A stretch of 63,937 bases of DNA, the filler included, from Candidatus Woesearchaeota archaeon (lineage in GTDB: Archaea > Nanobdellota > Nanobdellia > Woesearchaeales > J072): the NCBI GenBank assembly GCA_003695265.1. It is 4 parts of 4 records of this genome, joined end to end, with 100 filler letters (N's around TTAATTAATTAA, not from the genome) between each part and the next. Parts side by side here need not be neighbours in the genome. Positions count along the whole stretch, not along the records: positions 16,314 to 41,012 come from RFII01000073.1; 3 more parts are not named here. One strand, written 5' to 3'. The notes beneath the pieces are model-generated. The model ran no database searches and was not told the DNA's origin. It saw only the letters and a list, made by a program, of their open reading frames with translations. How positions within the stretch are numbered: the first letter of the stretch is position 1; every line of letters begins with the position of its first letter. Shown here one piece after another: positions 22,989 to 32,556 of this stretch. A program made the position numbers and the translations under genes.

Positions 22989-24053
22989 TTAGGAGTCAAC
23001 GTTATTGTTCCAACGCATAAGAGTAGCTCCTTTTGAAAGGCCCGCTCCGAAAACAAGAGTTAATATCAAGTCGTCGTTCTTTATAAGGCCTTTGCTTACA
23101 GCATCATGAATTGCGAAAGGGTAAGAAGCTGTTGAGGTGTTCCCGAACCTGTCAATGTTCATGTAAAATTTTTCTAATGGAAGGCCTAGTTTGTCAGAAA
23201 CAGACTCAATCATTCTCATGTTTGCCTGGTGTGGCACGAACAAGTCGATATCACCTAATTCGTATTCAGTCCCCTCAAGAACTTTTTCAACGCACTCAAT
23301 TATGGCGCCGACTGCAAAAGCATAAACCCTTTTTCCATGCATACAAATATAATTTTGCTCAACCTCGTCGCCAAGCTCGAACCTTCCGTTTTTCCAAGCA
23401 AGCTTTCTTCCCTTCTTCCGGACTTCTGTTAACAAGCCTCTTGTGTCAGGATCTGATGACATGTAAGAATTAATTATCCCAGGCCTGCCTGACGCTTCAA
23501 GCATGACAAAAGCCCCTAAGTCGCCAAACAATACACAGGTCTCGCGGTCAGAATAATCTGTTATTTGAGAAAGGCAGTCAACGCCACCAACAAGAACACA
23601 ATCATAAACGTTATCTCTTATCAGGCTGTTAGCGTAAGACAACGCATAGCCAAAACCGCTGCATCCCACTTGTATGTCAGCAGCCCCGCATTTCAAGCCA
23701 AGAGCCCCTGCAACAGAATGGGCGACTGAGGGAAAATTAACAAATTCTGGGGGTGTGTTATGAGCCACTATAACGTGCTGTACTTTCCCATAAGGAACAT
23801 CATAAGAATCAAAGAGGTTTTTTGCTGCCTGAATCGCCAGCGTTTTAGTGTTTTCCCCCTCAGAGACAATTCTTCTTTCCTTTATTCCTGTTCTATGGAA
23901 AATCCACTCATCACTTGTTCCAGTATCTGGAAAGTCATCAACATGCCCAAGAATTCTTTCTAAATCCTTGTTTGTTAAAACCTTTTCAGGAACAGCTGCT
24001 CCACTCGCAGTAATTGTTGCGTATCTTTGATAAATGATAAATACCCACCCCAA
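22989..24053 (-). CDS. fabH: Beta-ketoacyl-ACP synthase III (bacterial FabH-type)
   Basis: Cys-His-Asn triad motifs GCSGF, PHQAN, GNTSTAS; TSDEWIFHRTGIKERR; DRETCVLFGD. Confidence 0.9.
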   Translation of the reverse strand: MGWVFIIYQRYATITASGAAVPEKVLTNKDLERILGHVDDFPDTGTSDEWIFHRTGIKERRIVSEGENTKTLAIQAAKNLFDSYDVPYGKVQHVIVAHNTPPEFVNFPSVAHSVAGALGLKCGAADIQVGCSGFGYALSYANSLIRDNVYDCVLVGGVDCLSQITDYSDRETCVLFGDLGAFVMLEASGRPGIINSYMSSDPDTRGLLTEVRKKGRKLAWKNGRFELGDEVEQNYICMHGKRVYAFAVGAIIECVEKVLEGTEYELGDIDLFVPHQANMRMIESVSDKLGLPLEKFYMNIDRFGNTSTASYPFAIHDAVSKGLIKNDDLILTLVFGAGLSKGATLMRWNNNVDS

Positions 24054-24089
24054 GTTTAAGATGATAAAATATGTAAGTTTTTTATAATT

Positions 24090-24758
24090 TTAAGTTTTTC
24101 TTTTGCAAACAAAAAAAGCATGGTCCTTCTCAAATGGGCTTAGGTCGCGGTGATCAACAACGGTTATTCCATTTTCGAGCTCTGCCAAGACCTGCTTGAA
24201 AATCTGCTTAGGCTTTTTTGTAACGTCAATCGACCTTGCTTTCACAGCAATCGCTCCGAAGCCGCCAGGCTTCAGGAAAAACTTGCAGTTCTTTAGGAAG
24301 ATTTCTACCTGGTTGCGCTGCGCGACATCCTGGTAAACAAAATCAACGCCTGAAACCCTGTTAACATAAGTCTGCGGCTGATTGGCATCCGCGAGTATAG
24401 GAACAATGTTCTTTCTTTTCTCACAAACAAGAACTAAATCTCGAAGGACATATGGAGAAGAGTCGATTGCAAAAACAAAACCGTTTTTGCCAACGATGTC
24501 TGAAACGTGGCTGGCTGTTGTGCCGGACGCAGCTCCAAGGTAGAGCACTGCACTGCCTTCTTTTAGCCCCATCTGAGAAATTTTTTTGAGAATAGCAGCT
24601 GCTAACTTGCTTCTGCGAGGATCCCACTCCCTGAACTCATATTTCCCATTTCTCACAAGTCTTTCGCCGTAAACTTGCTGGCCTGGAACGAGGTTTTTTG
24701 TGTAAAGAAGCTTATTGTTTGAGAAAACTCCGGGAAATTTATTGCTTAAAGGCTTCAT
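24090..24758 (-). CDS. flpA: Fibrillarin (box C/D 2'-O-methyltransferase)
   Basis: WDPRRSKLAAA, VLYLGAASGTTASHVSD, YQDVAQ. Confidence 0.95.
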   Translation of the reverse strand: MKPLSNKFPGVFSNNKLLYTKNLVPGQQVYGERLVRNGKYEFREWDPRRSKLAAAILKKISQMGLKEGSAVLYLGAASGTTASHVSDIVGKNGFVFAIDSSPYVLRDLVLVCEKRKNIVPILADANQPQTYVNRVSGVDFVYQDVAQRNQVEIFLKNCKFFLKPGGFGAIAVKARSIDVTKKPKQIFKQVLAELENGITVVDHRDLSPFEKDHAFFVCKRKT

Positions 24759-24759
24759 T

Positions 24760-25665
24760 TTAACCAGCCCTGCCAAACCTCTTCTCAAGCTGTCTTTTTA
24801 ACGAGTCTCCTATGAATTCTCCCTTAAAATAATCGACTTTTGCGGCGATGCTGAGCTTGTCAGCCAGCGCCCTTGCTCTTTTGCCGTGCTCAGACTGCTT
24901 CGCTGCCGCTATTAAAGGGTGCTGTATTATTATGCCATGCCTAGGGCATTTTGCTCCTGTGCGCATATGCCTGAAAAGGGCTTTTTCAGCTCCCAGCAAT
25001 TGTATTTTTGAGGCGTGCATCTCAGCAAGGTTTTTCAGTGAGCCTGCCATTGACACGAGCTTTGCGCCTATAAGAGCTCCGGCAACAGCAAGAATGTTTG
25101 GGCACGCTTCTTTCATCAGGCTTTCAAGGTAGTCTTGCTGTGACCTCTTCAGCGCGAACATGTTCTTGATTTCTTTTGCCAGGCTAAGAACTGCTGAGAA
25201 GTCCTTTTTTGAGAAATCAGCGCCCATTGATTTCTTGACGCCAATTTCATCCAGTAACTCATCCTTTGTTTTTGTGGATATGAGCTCAGCAAATTTTTCG
25301 TGGTCCTTTATGCTCGCAGCAAATTCCGGGTTGTATAATGAGTACCAATCCCTCAGCCTGCCCGCAAGCATGTTGATTGCCCTTTCCAAATCCTCGATAA
25401 GGTTGATTGCCTGTATTATGAGCCAGTCTTTTTTCACAGAGCTTTTTATGTCTTTTTTTGTCAAATCAATATTCTTCTTATAGAATTCGTCAAAAAATTC
25501 TGGTTTTTTGAAATAAAGCAGGACCGGCAGAAAATCCTTCGGCTCCTCGGCCTTTGGAAATTTTCTTTTAGCATCCTCTTCTGACTTGAACCTTTCAATC
25601 AGGTTGAATTTACTGTCAAAGACAAAAGTTCCTAAAACATTTGTAAAGACAAAATTATTCGCCAT
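24760..25665 (-). CDS. nop5: Nop5/Nop56/58 box C/D RNP protein
   Basis: IQLLGAEKALF, PRHGII, AAKVDYF; adjacent to fibrillarin. Confidence 0.92.
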   Translation of the reverse strand: MANNFVFTNVLGTFVFDSKFNLIERFKSEEDAKRKFPKAEEPKDFLPVLLYFKKPEFFDEFYKKNIDLTKKDIKSSVKKDWLIIQAINLIEDLERAINMLAGRLRDWYSLYNPEFAASIKDHEKFAELISTKTKDELLDEIGVKKSMGADFSKKDFSAVLSLAKEIKNMFALKRSQQDYLESLMKEACPNILAVAGALIGAKLVSMAGSLKNLAEMHASKIQLLGAEKALFRHMRTGAKCPRHGIIIQHPLIAAAKQSEHGKRARALADKLSIAAKVDYFKGEFIGDSLKRQLEKRFGRAG

Positions 25666-25721
25666 AATAATGCTGATAATTATCCTTGTTTTTAAAATTT
25701 TTTAAAATTTTACAAGTGGGT

Positions 25722-25823
25722 GGTTAAGTCAAGTTAATTGTAATAATCTTTAGTTATGATTGGGTGGTGTGGGCGGGACTAAAAACTTTTACAATCTCCC
25801 AGCACAACAAAATTGACTTAACC
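25722..25823. mobile_element. MITE-like element copy 2 with perfect 11-bp terminal inverted repeats
   Basis: GGTTAAGTCAA...TTGACTTAACC, 102 bp, no ORF. Confidence 0.7.
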
Positions 25824-25896
25824 TAGGTGGGCAGAGCCCCATTGCAAAACATTAAAACCGCAGTCTTTAAATAATGTAAGAATTCACTTTTTCCTT

Positions 25897-26994
25897 ATGT
25901 CGCTTACAGCAGCGCAAAGGTTGAAGCTCAGCAAATTTATCAAGGAGCTGGAGAAGCACAGGGGAAGGCACACAGAGCTTGTAACAGTTTATATTCCGAG
26001 CGGCTACGATATTAACAAGATAATAAACCATCTCTCTCAAGAGCAGGGCACAGCAACCAACATTAAGTCCAGCTCGACGAGAAAGAACGTCATTGACGCC
26101 TTGGAGAGGATGATTCAGCACTTGAGGCTTTACAAGCAAACACCTCCGAACGGCTTAGCTGCTTTCTCGGGCAATGTTGCAGAGAAAGAAGGGCAGAGTG
26201 ACGTGCAGGTTTGGAGCTTAGAGCCTCCCGTACCTTTAAAAACAAGGATTTACAGGTGTGACAAGGAATTCCAGCTTGACATTTTGCGCGAGATGTGCGA
26301 AACCAAAGAGACCTGGGGTTTGGTAGTGATGGACAGGAGGGAAGGCAATATCGCGCTTCTGAAAGGGAAAAGCATTGTGCCTTTAGTTCACGTAAAGTCG
26401 AACGTTCCCGGTAAGACAAGGGCAGGAGGCCAGTCTGCGCAACGCTTTGAGAGGCTGAGAGAAGGCGCTGCGAAAGACTTCTATAAAAAAATAGGGGAGC
26501 TTATGAAAAATGAGTTCTTGGAAAACAAGGAATTGAAAGGCATAATTGTAGGCGGCCCCGGCCCGACAAAGTACGACTTTGTGAACGGCAATTACATAAC
26601 AGACCAGGTCAAAAGAAAGATTATTGCAATAAAGGACACTGGATACACAGGAGATTTTGGAGTGCAGGAGCTCGTTGACTTAAGCCAGGACATATTAGCC
26701 AACGAGGAAATTGCAAGGGAAAAAAAAGTTGTTGGAGAGTTCTTTGACAAATTAGCGACAGACCCTGAAATGGTCTCATACGGCAAAGAAGAAGTCAAAA
26801 GGCTTTTAGAGCAGGGAGCTGTTGAGACTCTGCTGCTTTCCGAAGACCTAGATGACAAGAGCCTTGACGAGTTAGAGGCAAGCGCGAAAAACTTCGGCAC
26901 AAAAATAGAAATAATATCAACTGACACTAGGGAAGGCGTTCAACTAAAAGACATGGGAATGGTAGGAGCCATCCTAAGGTATAAGGCAGCATGA
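25897..26994 (+). CDS. prf1: Peptide chain release factor aRF1
   Basis: NIKS, YRCDKEF, GGQS motifs. Confidence 0.95.
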   Translation: MSLTAAQRLKLSKFIKELEKHRGRHTELVTVYIPSGYDINKIINHLSQEQGTATNIKSSSTRKNVIDALERMIQHLRLYKQTPPNGLAAFSGNVAEKEGQSDVQVWSLEPPVPLKTRIYRCDKEFQLDILREMCETKETWGLVVMDRREGNIALLKGKSIVPLVHVKSNVPGKTRAGGQSAQRFERLREGAAKDFYKKIGELMKNEFLENKELKGIIVGGPGPTKYDFVNGNYITDQVKRKIIAIKDTGYTGDFGVQELVDLSQDILANEEIAREKKVVGEFFDKLATDPEMVSYGKEEVKRLLEQGAVETLLLSEDLDDKSLDELEASAKNFGTKIEIISTDTREGVQLKDMGMVGAILRYKAA

Positions 26995-27644
26995 ACTTAG
27001 CAATCACAGCTTACGAAAAGCTTTTCTCAAAACAGCCAGAACACACGCTTATCCTGAAGTATTCCGGCAGGTTCAGGGGGTATAATGCGAATGTTCGCAT
27101 GCGAAGAAACGTTATTGAGGTTAGGATGAGCAAGCAGTGGAAAGAAGTAAGCCCTGAGATACAGATGGGGTGCATCCAAAGCCTTTTATTAAAGCTTTTC
27201 AAGAAGAAAAAGAGCACTACAGAGATTGGGCTTTATGATACTTTCATAAAAAAAGTGCATATTGCAGTGCCGAAAACAAGAGATGATCCTGTCCTGTCAG
27301 AATCTTATGAGAGGGTTAATGAAAAATACTTTTACGGCCTGATTGACAAGCCAAACCTGAGGTGGGGCTCTAAGAGCCTTCGCACTTTAGGAAGCTATGA
27401 ATACGGCACAGACACAGTCACGATAAGCAGGGCTTTGGAAAACGCTGATTCCTGGCTTCTTGACTTCGTAATGTACCATGAATTGCTGCATAAAAAGCAC
27501 AAGTTCACCTCAAAGAACGGAAGAAGCTACCATCACACAACGCAGTTCAGGAAAAGCGAAAAGCAGTTCGAGAATTACGAACTTGCGGAGAAAGAGCTGG
27601 CAAAACATTTGCGCAAGCAAAGAATCAGAAGATTTTTTTGGTGA
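26991..27644 (+). CDS. SprT/YgjP-like zinc metalloprotease-domain protein
   Basis: VMYHELLH followed by HH...F motif. Confidence 0.7.
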   Translation: MNLAITAYEKLFSKQPEHTLILKYSGRFRGYNANVRMRRNVIEVRMSKQWKEVSPEIQMGCIQSLLLKLFKKKKSTTEIGLYDTFIKKVHIAVPKTRDDPVLSESYERVNEKYFYGLIDKPNLRWGSKSLRTLGSYEYGTDTVTISRALENADSWLLDFVMYHELLHKKHKFTSKNGRSYHHTTQFRKSEKQFENYELAEKELAKHLRKQRIRRFFW

Positions 27645-27649
27645 GTTTC

Positions 27650-28303
27650 TTATTTGCCCTCGATTATTTTTATGATTTCATCCAGATTATCAGCAAAAAG
27701 CAATAGCTTCAAGTCATTTATGTCGTTTATGAAAAAGTTCTGCTTAAACGTCATTTGCTCCAGCCATTCAAACAGGCCTTTCCAGTAATCCCTGTTGACG
27801 CAGATTATTGGAACCCTGTCAGTAATGCCTGTCTGCATCAGAACAACGTACTCAAAAAGCTCGTTAAGAGTTCCTAAGCCGCCCGGATAAAAGATAAGAG
27901 CCTCGCTCTTTATCGAGAGAATAAAGCGCCGCACAAAAACAAATTCAAAGCTCAGTTTTTTTGTGAAAACACTGTTAGATACGCGCTCATTCTTGATTAA
28001 GCCTGCTTTTAAGCCTACTGAAACAGTTCCGGCCCTTTTTGCCCCTGAGTTTGCGGCCTGCATGATCCCTGGGCCGCCGCCGCTCAAAACAGCGTAGCCC
28101 CTCTTTCCAAGCTCGTAAGCCGTTTGCTCGCAGTGCTTGTAATAAGGGCTGCTCTTCTTAACCTGGTGCGAGCCGAAAAAAGTAACGATTTTTCTGTTAA
28201 TGCTGTTTAAAAGCGTTAATCCTGAATCAAGCTCTTTCTCAACTTTTCTTATTACTTTTTCCTTGTTAAAGTAATACTTCCTGTTCTTGCGCAGCCTGCC
28301 CAT
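27650..28303 (-). CDS. LOG-family nucleotide monophosphate nucleosidase
   Basis: SGGGPGIMQAAN, PGGLGTLNELFE. Confidence 0.85.
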   Translation of the reverse strand: MGRLRKNRKYYFNKEKVIRKVEKELDSGLTLLNSINRKIVTFFGSHQVKKSSPYYKHCEQTAYELGKRGYAVLSGGGPGIMQAANSGAKRAGTVSVGLKAGLIKNERVSNSVFTKKLSFEFVFVRRFILSIKSEALIFYPGGLGTLNELFEYVVLMQTGITDRVPIICVNRDYWKGLFEWLEQMTFKQNFFINDINDLKLLLFADNLDEIIKIIEGK

Positions 28304-28458
28304 AATAATTTTAAGAAATTAATTAGTATTTAAACGTTGTTCTTGGCAGCACAAAAGATGTTTGTGTGAACAAGCAGCAAAACAGGCATATTAAATAGAA
28401 ATCTTTTTATATTAATCGCAAACCCTTAAGGTTATAATTAGTTTGACGAGGTAAAAAA

Positions 28459-28854
28459 ATGACGATCAAGCTTACACCGGTTAGCAATATTAAAGTAGGA
28501 GGCTATGTTGTTATAGACGGCGCAGCATGCAGGACAGTTGACATTCAAGTCTCAAGACCTGGGAAGCACGGCCACGCAAAGATAAGGCTCAGCGCTGTCG
28601 GCTTAATAGATGACAAGAAAAGGGTTGTTGTAATGCCTGGCCATGACAACATTGAGGTTCCTGTGATTGACAAGAAAACAGCGCAGGTCCTTTCAGTGCA
28701 TGGAGACACTGCAAACGTCATGGACTCAGAAACCTATGAAACGTTTGACCTGAAGATTCCCGAAGAGCTTAAAGGCGAAGTTGTTGAGGGATGCAACGTG
28801 CTTTACTGGGTTATATTGAATGATAGGGTGATGAAGCAGGTAAAACCGGCGTGA
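28459..28854 (+). CDS. eif5a: Translation factor aIF5A
   Basis: Hypusine motif PGKHGHAK. Confidence 0.95.
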   Translation: MTIKLTPVSNIKVGGYVVIDGAACRTVDIQVSRPGKHGHAKIRLSAVGLIDDKKRVVVMPGHDNIEVPVIDKKTAQVLSVHGDTANVMDSETYETFDLKIPEELKGEVVEGCNVLYWVILNDRVMKQVKPA

Positions 28855-28880
28855 GGCAGGCGTTAAGAGAGGTAATAATA

Positions 28881-29042
28881 ATGGCCAAGTTTCCAGAAGC
28901 CGAGTCAAGGCTGTTCAAGAACATATTTGTGTGCAAGAGATGCAAGTCTAAGATAAGGACTCCGAACACGAAAGTTCTGGCAGGAAAAATAAAGTGCAGG
29001 AAGTGCAACGGCAAGGCTGTTAGGCCTGTGCGCAAAAAATGA
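28881..29042 (+). CDS. rpl40e: 50S ribosomal protein L40e
   Basis: MAKFPEAESRL..CKRC..CRKC. Confidence 0.9.
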   Translation: MAKFPEAESRLFKNIFVCKRCKSKIRTPNTKVLAGKIKCRKCNGKAVRPVRKK

Positions 29043-30232
29043 GTGTGATTGAAAGCATTTTGAATTATAAAGAGATAATTATTTTTTACATTGTAATCTT
29101 TCTGCTGATTTATTTTAACAAGGAGAAGTTTGACATCCAAGCAAGGTTCATAGCATTGTACAAGACAAGGATTGGCTTAAGGCTTATGGAAAAGCTGGCC
29201 ACAAAGTACAGGGAGCTTTTCAGGCTTCTCGGCTACATTGGAGTTGGGGTTGGCTTTGTGGCAATGGTGGTTATTTTCTTTCAGCTTGTGAGCAACCTGA
29301 TAAAGCTTGTAATGGTTCCTGGGACAACTCCTGGAGTGGGCCTTGTCATTCCGGGCGTGCATATTCCCGGCAGCCCCATATTCGTGCCCTTCTGGTTTGG
29401 CATAATATCCATTTTTATTGTTGTGGTTGTTCATGAGTTCGGCCACGGGATTATTGCTAAGGCGCATGACATAAAAATAAAGAGCTCCGGCTTCTTAATG
29501 TTCGGGCCTTTGCCGGGCGCGTTTGTCGAGCCTGACGAAAAGCAGCTCAGCAAAAAAAGCGACATAACCCAGTACTCTGTATTCGCAGCAGGCCCGTTCT
29601 CAAACATACTGCTGGCTCTGCTTGCAATGGCATTATTCTTATGGGTTTTCACGCCGCTCCAAAACATTATTACAGAGCCTATTGGCATATCGTTTGAAAG
29701 CACAGTGGAAGGGTTTCCAGCGGACCTGGCAGGCATGAAAGGTGGAGAGATAATCAATAGCGTTAATGGGAAGCCCGTCAAGGACACTGCAGAATTTATT
29801 GACGCGTTGCGCTTTGTAAAGCCGAACGAAACATTAGTCTTGGGAACAGAAGAAAAGGAATACACAATAATAACAACTTCCAATCCTGAAGATCCGGAAG
29901 CGGGCTACATCGGCATAAAATCAATACAAAGCGAAGTAAGGCTGAAAGAAGACACAAAGCTAATGAATTTCCTGCTCGCAATCATTCTATGGTTGCAGGA
30001 CCTTTTCAAATGGGTTTTCTTCCTCAGCTTAGGAATTGGGCTTGCCAACCTCTTACCATTAGGCCCTGTTGATGGAGGAAGAATGTTCCAGACAGCCAGC
30101 CTAAAGCTCTGGAAAAGCGAGAAAAAAGCTATGAAAATATGGAAGAACGTCAGCATAGCAACCCTTGTCATACTAATCCTAACAGTGTTCTTCCCCTTCT
30201 TTAAGTGGCTTGGCAGCCTTTTCATACCATAA
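29039..30232 (+). CDS. Site-2 (M50) intramembrane metalloprotease with PDZ domain
   Basis: HEFGH, GAFVEP, AGPFSN, NLLPLGPVDGG. Confidence 0.92.
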   Translation: MSVIESILNYKEIIIFYIVIFLLIYFNKEKFDIQARFIALYKTRIGLRLMEKLATKYRELFRLLGYIGVGVGFVAMVVIFFQLVSNLIKLVMVPGTTPGVGLVIPGVHIPGSPIFVPFWFGIISIFIVVVVHEFGHGIIAKAHDIKIKSSGFLMFGPLPGAFVEPDEKQLSKKSDITQYSVFAAGPFSNILLALLAMALFLWVFTPLQNIITEPIGISFESTVEGFPADLAGMKGGEIINSVNGKPVKDTAEFIDALRFVKPNETLVLGTEEKEYTIITTSNPEDPEAGYIGIKSIQSEVRLKEDTKLMNFLLAIILWLQDLFKWVFFLSLGIGLANLLPLGPVDGGRMFQTASLKLWKSEKKAMKIWKNVSIATLVILILTVFFPFFKWLGSLFIP

Positions 30233-30265
30233 ATTTAAATTCTTTAAAGATTCATTAAGCATAAA

Positions 30266-30940
30266 ATGATAAGTTTGGTTCTCGTTGAGCCTAAGACTTC
30301 AGGCAACGTTGGAGCAATTGCGAGGTGCATGAAAAACTTCGGATTCAAAAATCTCGTAATAGTTAATCCTCAGTGCAGGCCTTTGTCAAAAGAAGCCTTG
30401 AACAGGGCGAAGCACGCAAAAGACATCCTGAGAAACGCAAAAATAGTCAAAAAAATACCAGAATCATTCGATTACCTTATTGGCACCACATCCAAACTAG
30501 GTACTGATTACAACCTTCCAAGAACTCCGATAAGGCCGGACGAGTTGGCAAGAATAATAAAGCCTGGATTAAAAGCTGGAATACTCATCGGCAGGGAAGG
30601 CGATGGGTTGTATAATGATGAGATAAGGCTGTGCGACTTTGTTGTGACGATTCCAACATCAAAAGATTACCCTGCCATGAATTCAAGCTTCGCAGCCGCA
30701 ATAATACTTTATGAGCTGTCAAAAGCTGATAATCATAATAAGATAGGAAAAACTGTGATGGCGGGAAAAAAAGAAAAAGAGGTTATTTTAAAGCTCGTTG
30801 ATAAAAATCTTGACAAAATGAGCTTTTCCACAAAAGAAAAAAGAGAGACGCAAAGGATTTTTTGGAAGCGCCTAATTGGAAAAAGCTTCCTGACAAGAAG
30901 GGAAGCATTCACGTTAATGGGTTTTTTGAGGAAACTGTAA
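30266..30940 (+). CDS. trmJ: TrmJ/SpoU-family RNA methyltransferase
   Basis: LVEPKTSGNVGAIAR, GREGDGL, IPTSKDYPAMN. Confidence 0.85.
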   Translation: MISLVLVEPKTSGNVGAIARCMKNFGFKNLVIVNPQCRPLSKEALNRAKHAKDILRNAKIVKKIPESFDYLIGTTSKLGTDYNLPRTPIRPDELARIIKPGLKAGILIGREGDGLYNDEIRLCDFVVTIPTSKDYPAMNSSFAAAIILYELSKADNHNKIGKTVMAGKKEKEVILKLVDKNLDKMSFSTKEKRETQRIFWKRLIGKSFLTRREAFTLMGFLRKL

Positions 30941-30941
30941 G

Positions 30942-31142
30942 ATGGACGAGTTAGACCAAAAGTACATGAGCCACATTGCCTTCATAATACTAATTTACCC
31001 TTTCGTGCATATCAGCATGATGGTCCTGATAAGAAAGTATTACGCAAACAACTTAGTGAACCTGCTCTTCTTAATACTTGTAATAGCAGAGTCAGCAAGG
31101 TATTTCAACATGAAGCTCAGGAAATTCTCAGAGCCCTCATGA
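30942..31142 (+). CDS. Small membrane protein
   Basis: 66 aa, two hydrophobic segments, abuts trmJ. Confidence 0.45.
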   Translation: MDELDQKYMSHIAFIILIYPFVHISMMVLIRKYYANNLVNLLFLILVIAESARYFNMKLRKFSEPS

Positions 31143-31437
31143 TTTTCTTTCTGACGCGCTCACTGCACGAAGGCCTTGCATTCTCACCGAGAGTGTAATA
31201 TATTTTTTCTGCTTCTGAGCCCCAACTGTAATTCCCCTTTTCCTTGGATATTTTTTCTATTGCGAACTCCTTGAGAAGAACGCCCTTGTTAAGATGATAA
31301 TAAATAGAGCGCATGCTCACTTTCGGAAATACTTGCGTATAAACCTTGTAGATGTCATAGCCGTAGCCCTTCTTCATAAAGTATAATATCTCGACTATGT
31401 TCTGCCTAATCCTTGACTTTGGCTTGCGGCCCCGCAT
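31117..31437 (-). CDS. Winged-helix-like hypothetical protein
   Basis: GYGYDIYKVY...SMRSIYYHL...IYY pattern typical of wHTH. Confidence 0.55.
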   Translation of the reverse strand: MRGRKPKSRIRQNIVEILYFMKKGYGYDIYKVYTQVFPKVSMRSIYYHLNKGVLLKEFAIEKISKEKGNYSWGSEAEKIYYTLGENARPSCSERVRKKIMRALRIS

Positions 31438-31486
31438 AATAAAATGATTAGAATAAAAAGTATAAGTAGTTTTCTAATTGGCAAAG

Positions 31487-31915
31487 CTAATCCTTGTACA
31501 ATTCTTTAAGCCAATAAACCTCAAACTCCGGGCTGCTGCAATAATCCTCATATGTTGGAAACTCTTCCAGCTCGTACCTGTCCGGAAAATCTTTTCCTTC
31601 CACTACCTTAACCATCTCTTCAGTCGGCCTCCAGTCCATGCCATCCTTCAATTTCTTCGTAGCAACAACGCATGGAATTCCCAATTCCCTAGAAATAATT
31701 GCTGGGTGCGACGTCATGCCGCCCTTATCCGTGACAATTGCCCCTGCCTTATTCATCATTATAACCATTGACGGCTCTGTAATCTCTGCCACGAGGATGT
31801 CCCCATCATTGAATTTGCCTATGTCTTTAATTCCTTCAACAACTTTGACAATGCCTTCAGCAATCCCAGGGCTCGCGCCTATTCCTAATATAATCATATT
31901 TTTTTCTATTCCCAC
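31487..31915 (-). CDS. Stand-alone PEP-utilising mobile (phosphohistidine) domain protein
   Basis: GIGASPGIAEG, TDKGGMTSHPAIISRELGIPCVV. Confidence 0.85.
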   Translation of the reverse strand: MGIEKNMIILGIGASPGIAEGIVKVVEGIKDIGKFNDGDILVAEITEPSMVIMMNKAGAIVTDKGGMTSHPAIISRELGIPCVVATKKLKDGMDWRPTEEMVKVVEGKDFPDRYELEEFPTYEDYCSSPEFEVYWLKELYKD

Positions 31916-32001
31916 AGCACAAAATAATAAAAAATTAAGAATTTTATAAGGTTTGGAAAGTTATGGCAAGATTTAAATAGAAGGCAGGCTTGCTTTAAAC
32001 A

Positions 32002-32556
32002 ATGGCTGATGTGAGAAGAATACTAATAATATTTGTCATAGCTGTCCTGTTCACTATTCTTGTGCAGAGCACTATAGACGCTGTTTACCCGAGCCCTGAA
32101 TATAGTGATTTTTGCGGCGAGCCAAAACCGAGGCCTGTTGCTGTGAAAACAGAGGAGTGCCCTGAATTTGACTACAACGCAGCAGACCAGTGTTATGAAA
32201 AGGGCGAAACAGTAAAATACGAGTATGACGAGAACGGCTGCCCCATATCGTTTGAGTGCGATCCGTGCCAGAAGGAATATGATGCTGCTCGTGACAAGTA
32301 CGGCTTCGTCTCTTTTTTAATATCAGCGTTTTTAGGAATAATTGCCATTATTACAGGGCTTTGGCTTCCTGTCGAGAAGAACAGCCTTAATGAGTGGATT
32401 GGAACAGGGTTCCTTCTAGGAGGGCTTTTCACGCTGTTCGTTGGAACTATGAGGTATTACTCTGACCTTGACCGCGTTTTGAGACCGATAGTGATTTTGG
32501 CTGAGCTGCTTATCGTGATTTACCTCTCCTACAAGAAGCTTAACCCGAGAAAATGA
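32002..32556 (+). CDS. Membrane protein with Cys-rich extracellular loop
   Basis: N-terminal TM, six-Cys loop, three C-terminal TMs. Confidence 0.6.
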   Translation: MADVRRILIIFVIAVLFTILVQSTIDAVYPSPEYSDFCGEPKPRPVAVKTEECPEFDYNAADQCYEKGETVKYEYDENGCPISFECDPCQKEYDAARDKYGFVSFLISAFLGIIAIITGLWLPVEKNSLNEWIGTGFLLGGLFTLFVGTMRYYSDLDRVLRPIVILAELLIVIYLSYKKLNPRK

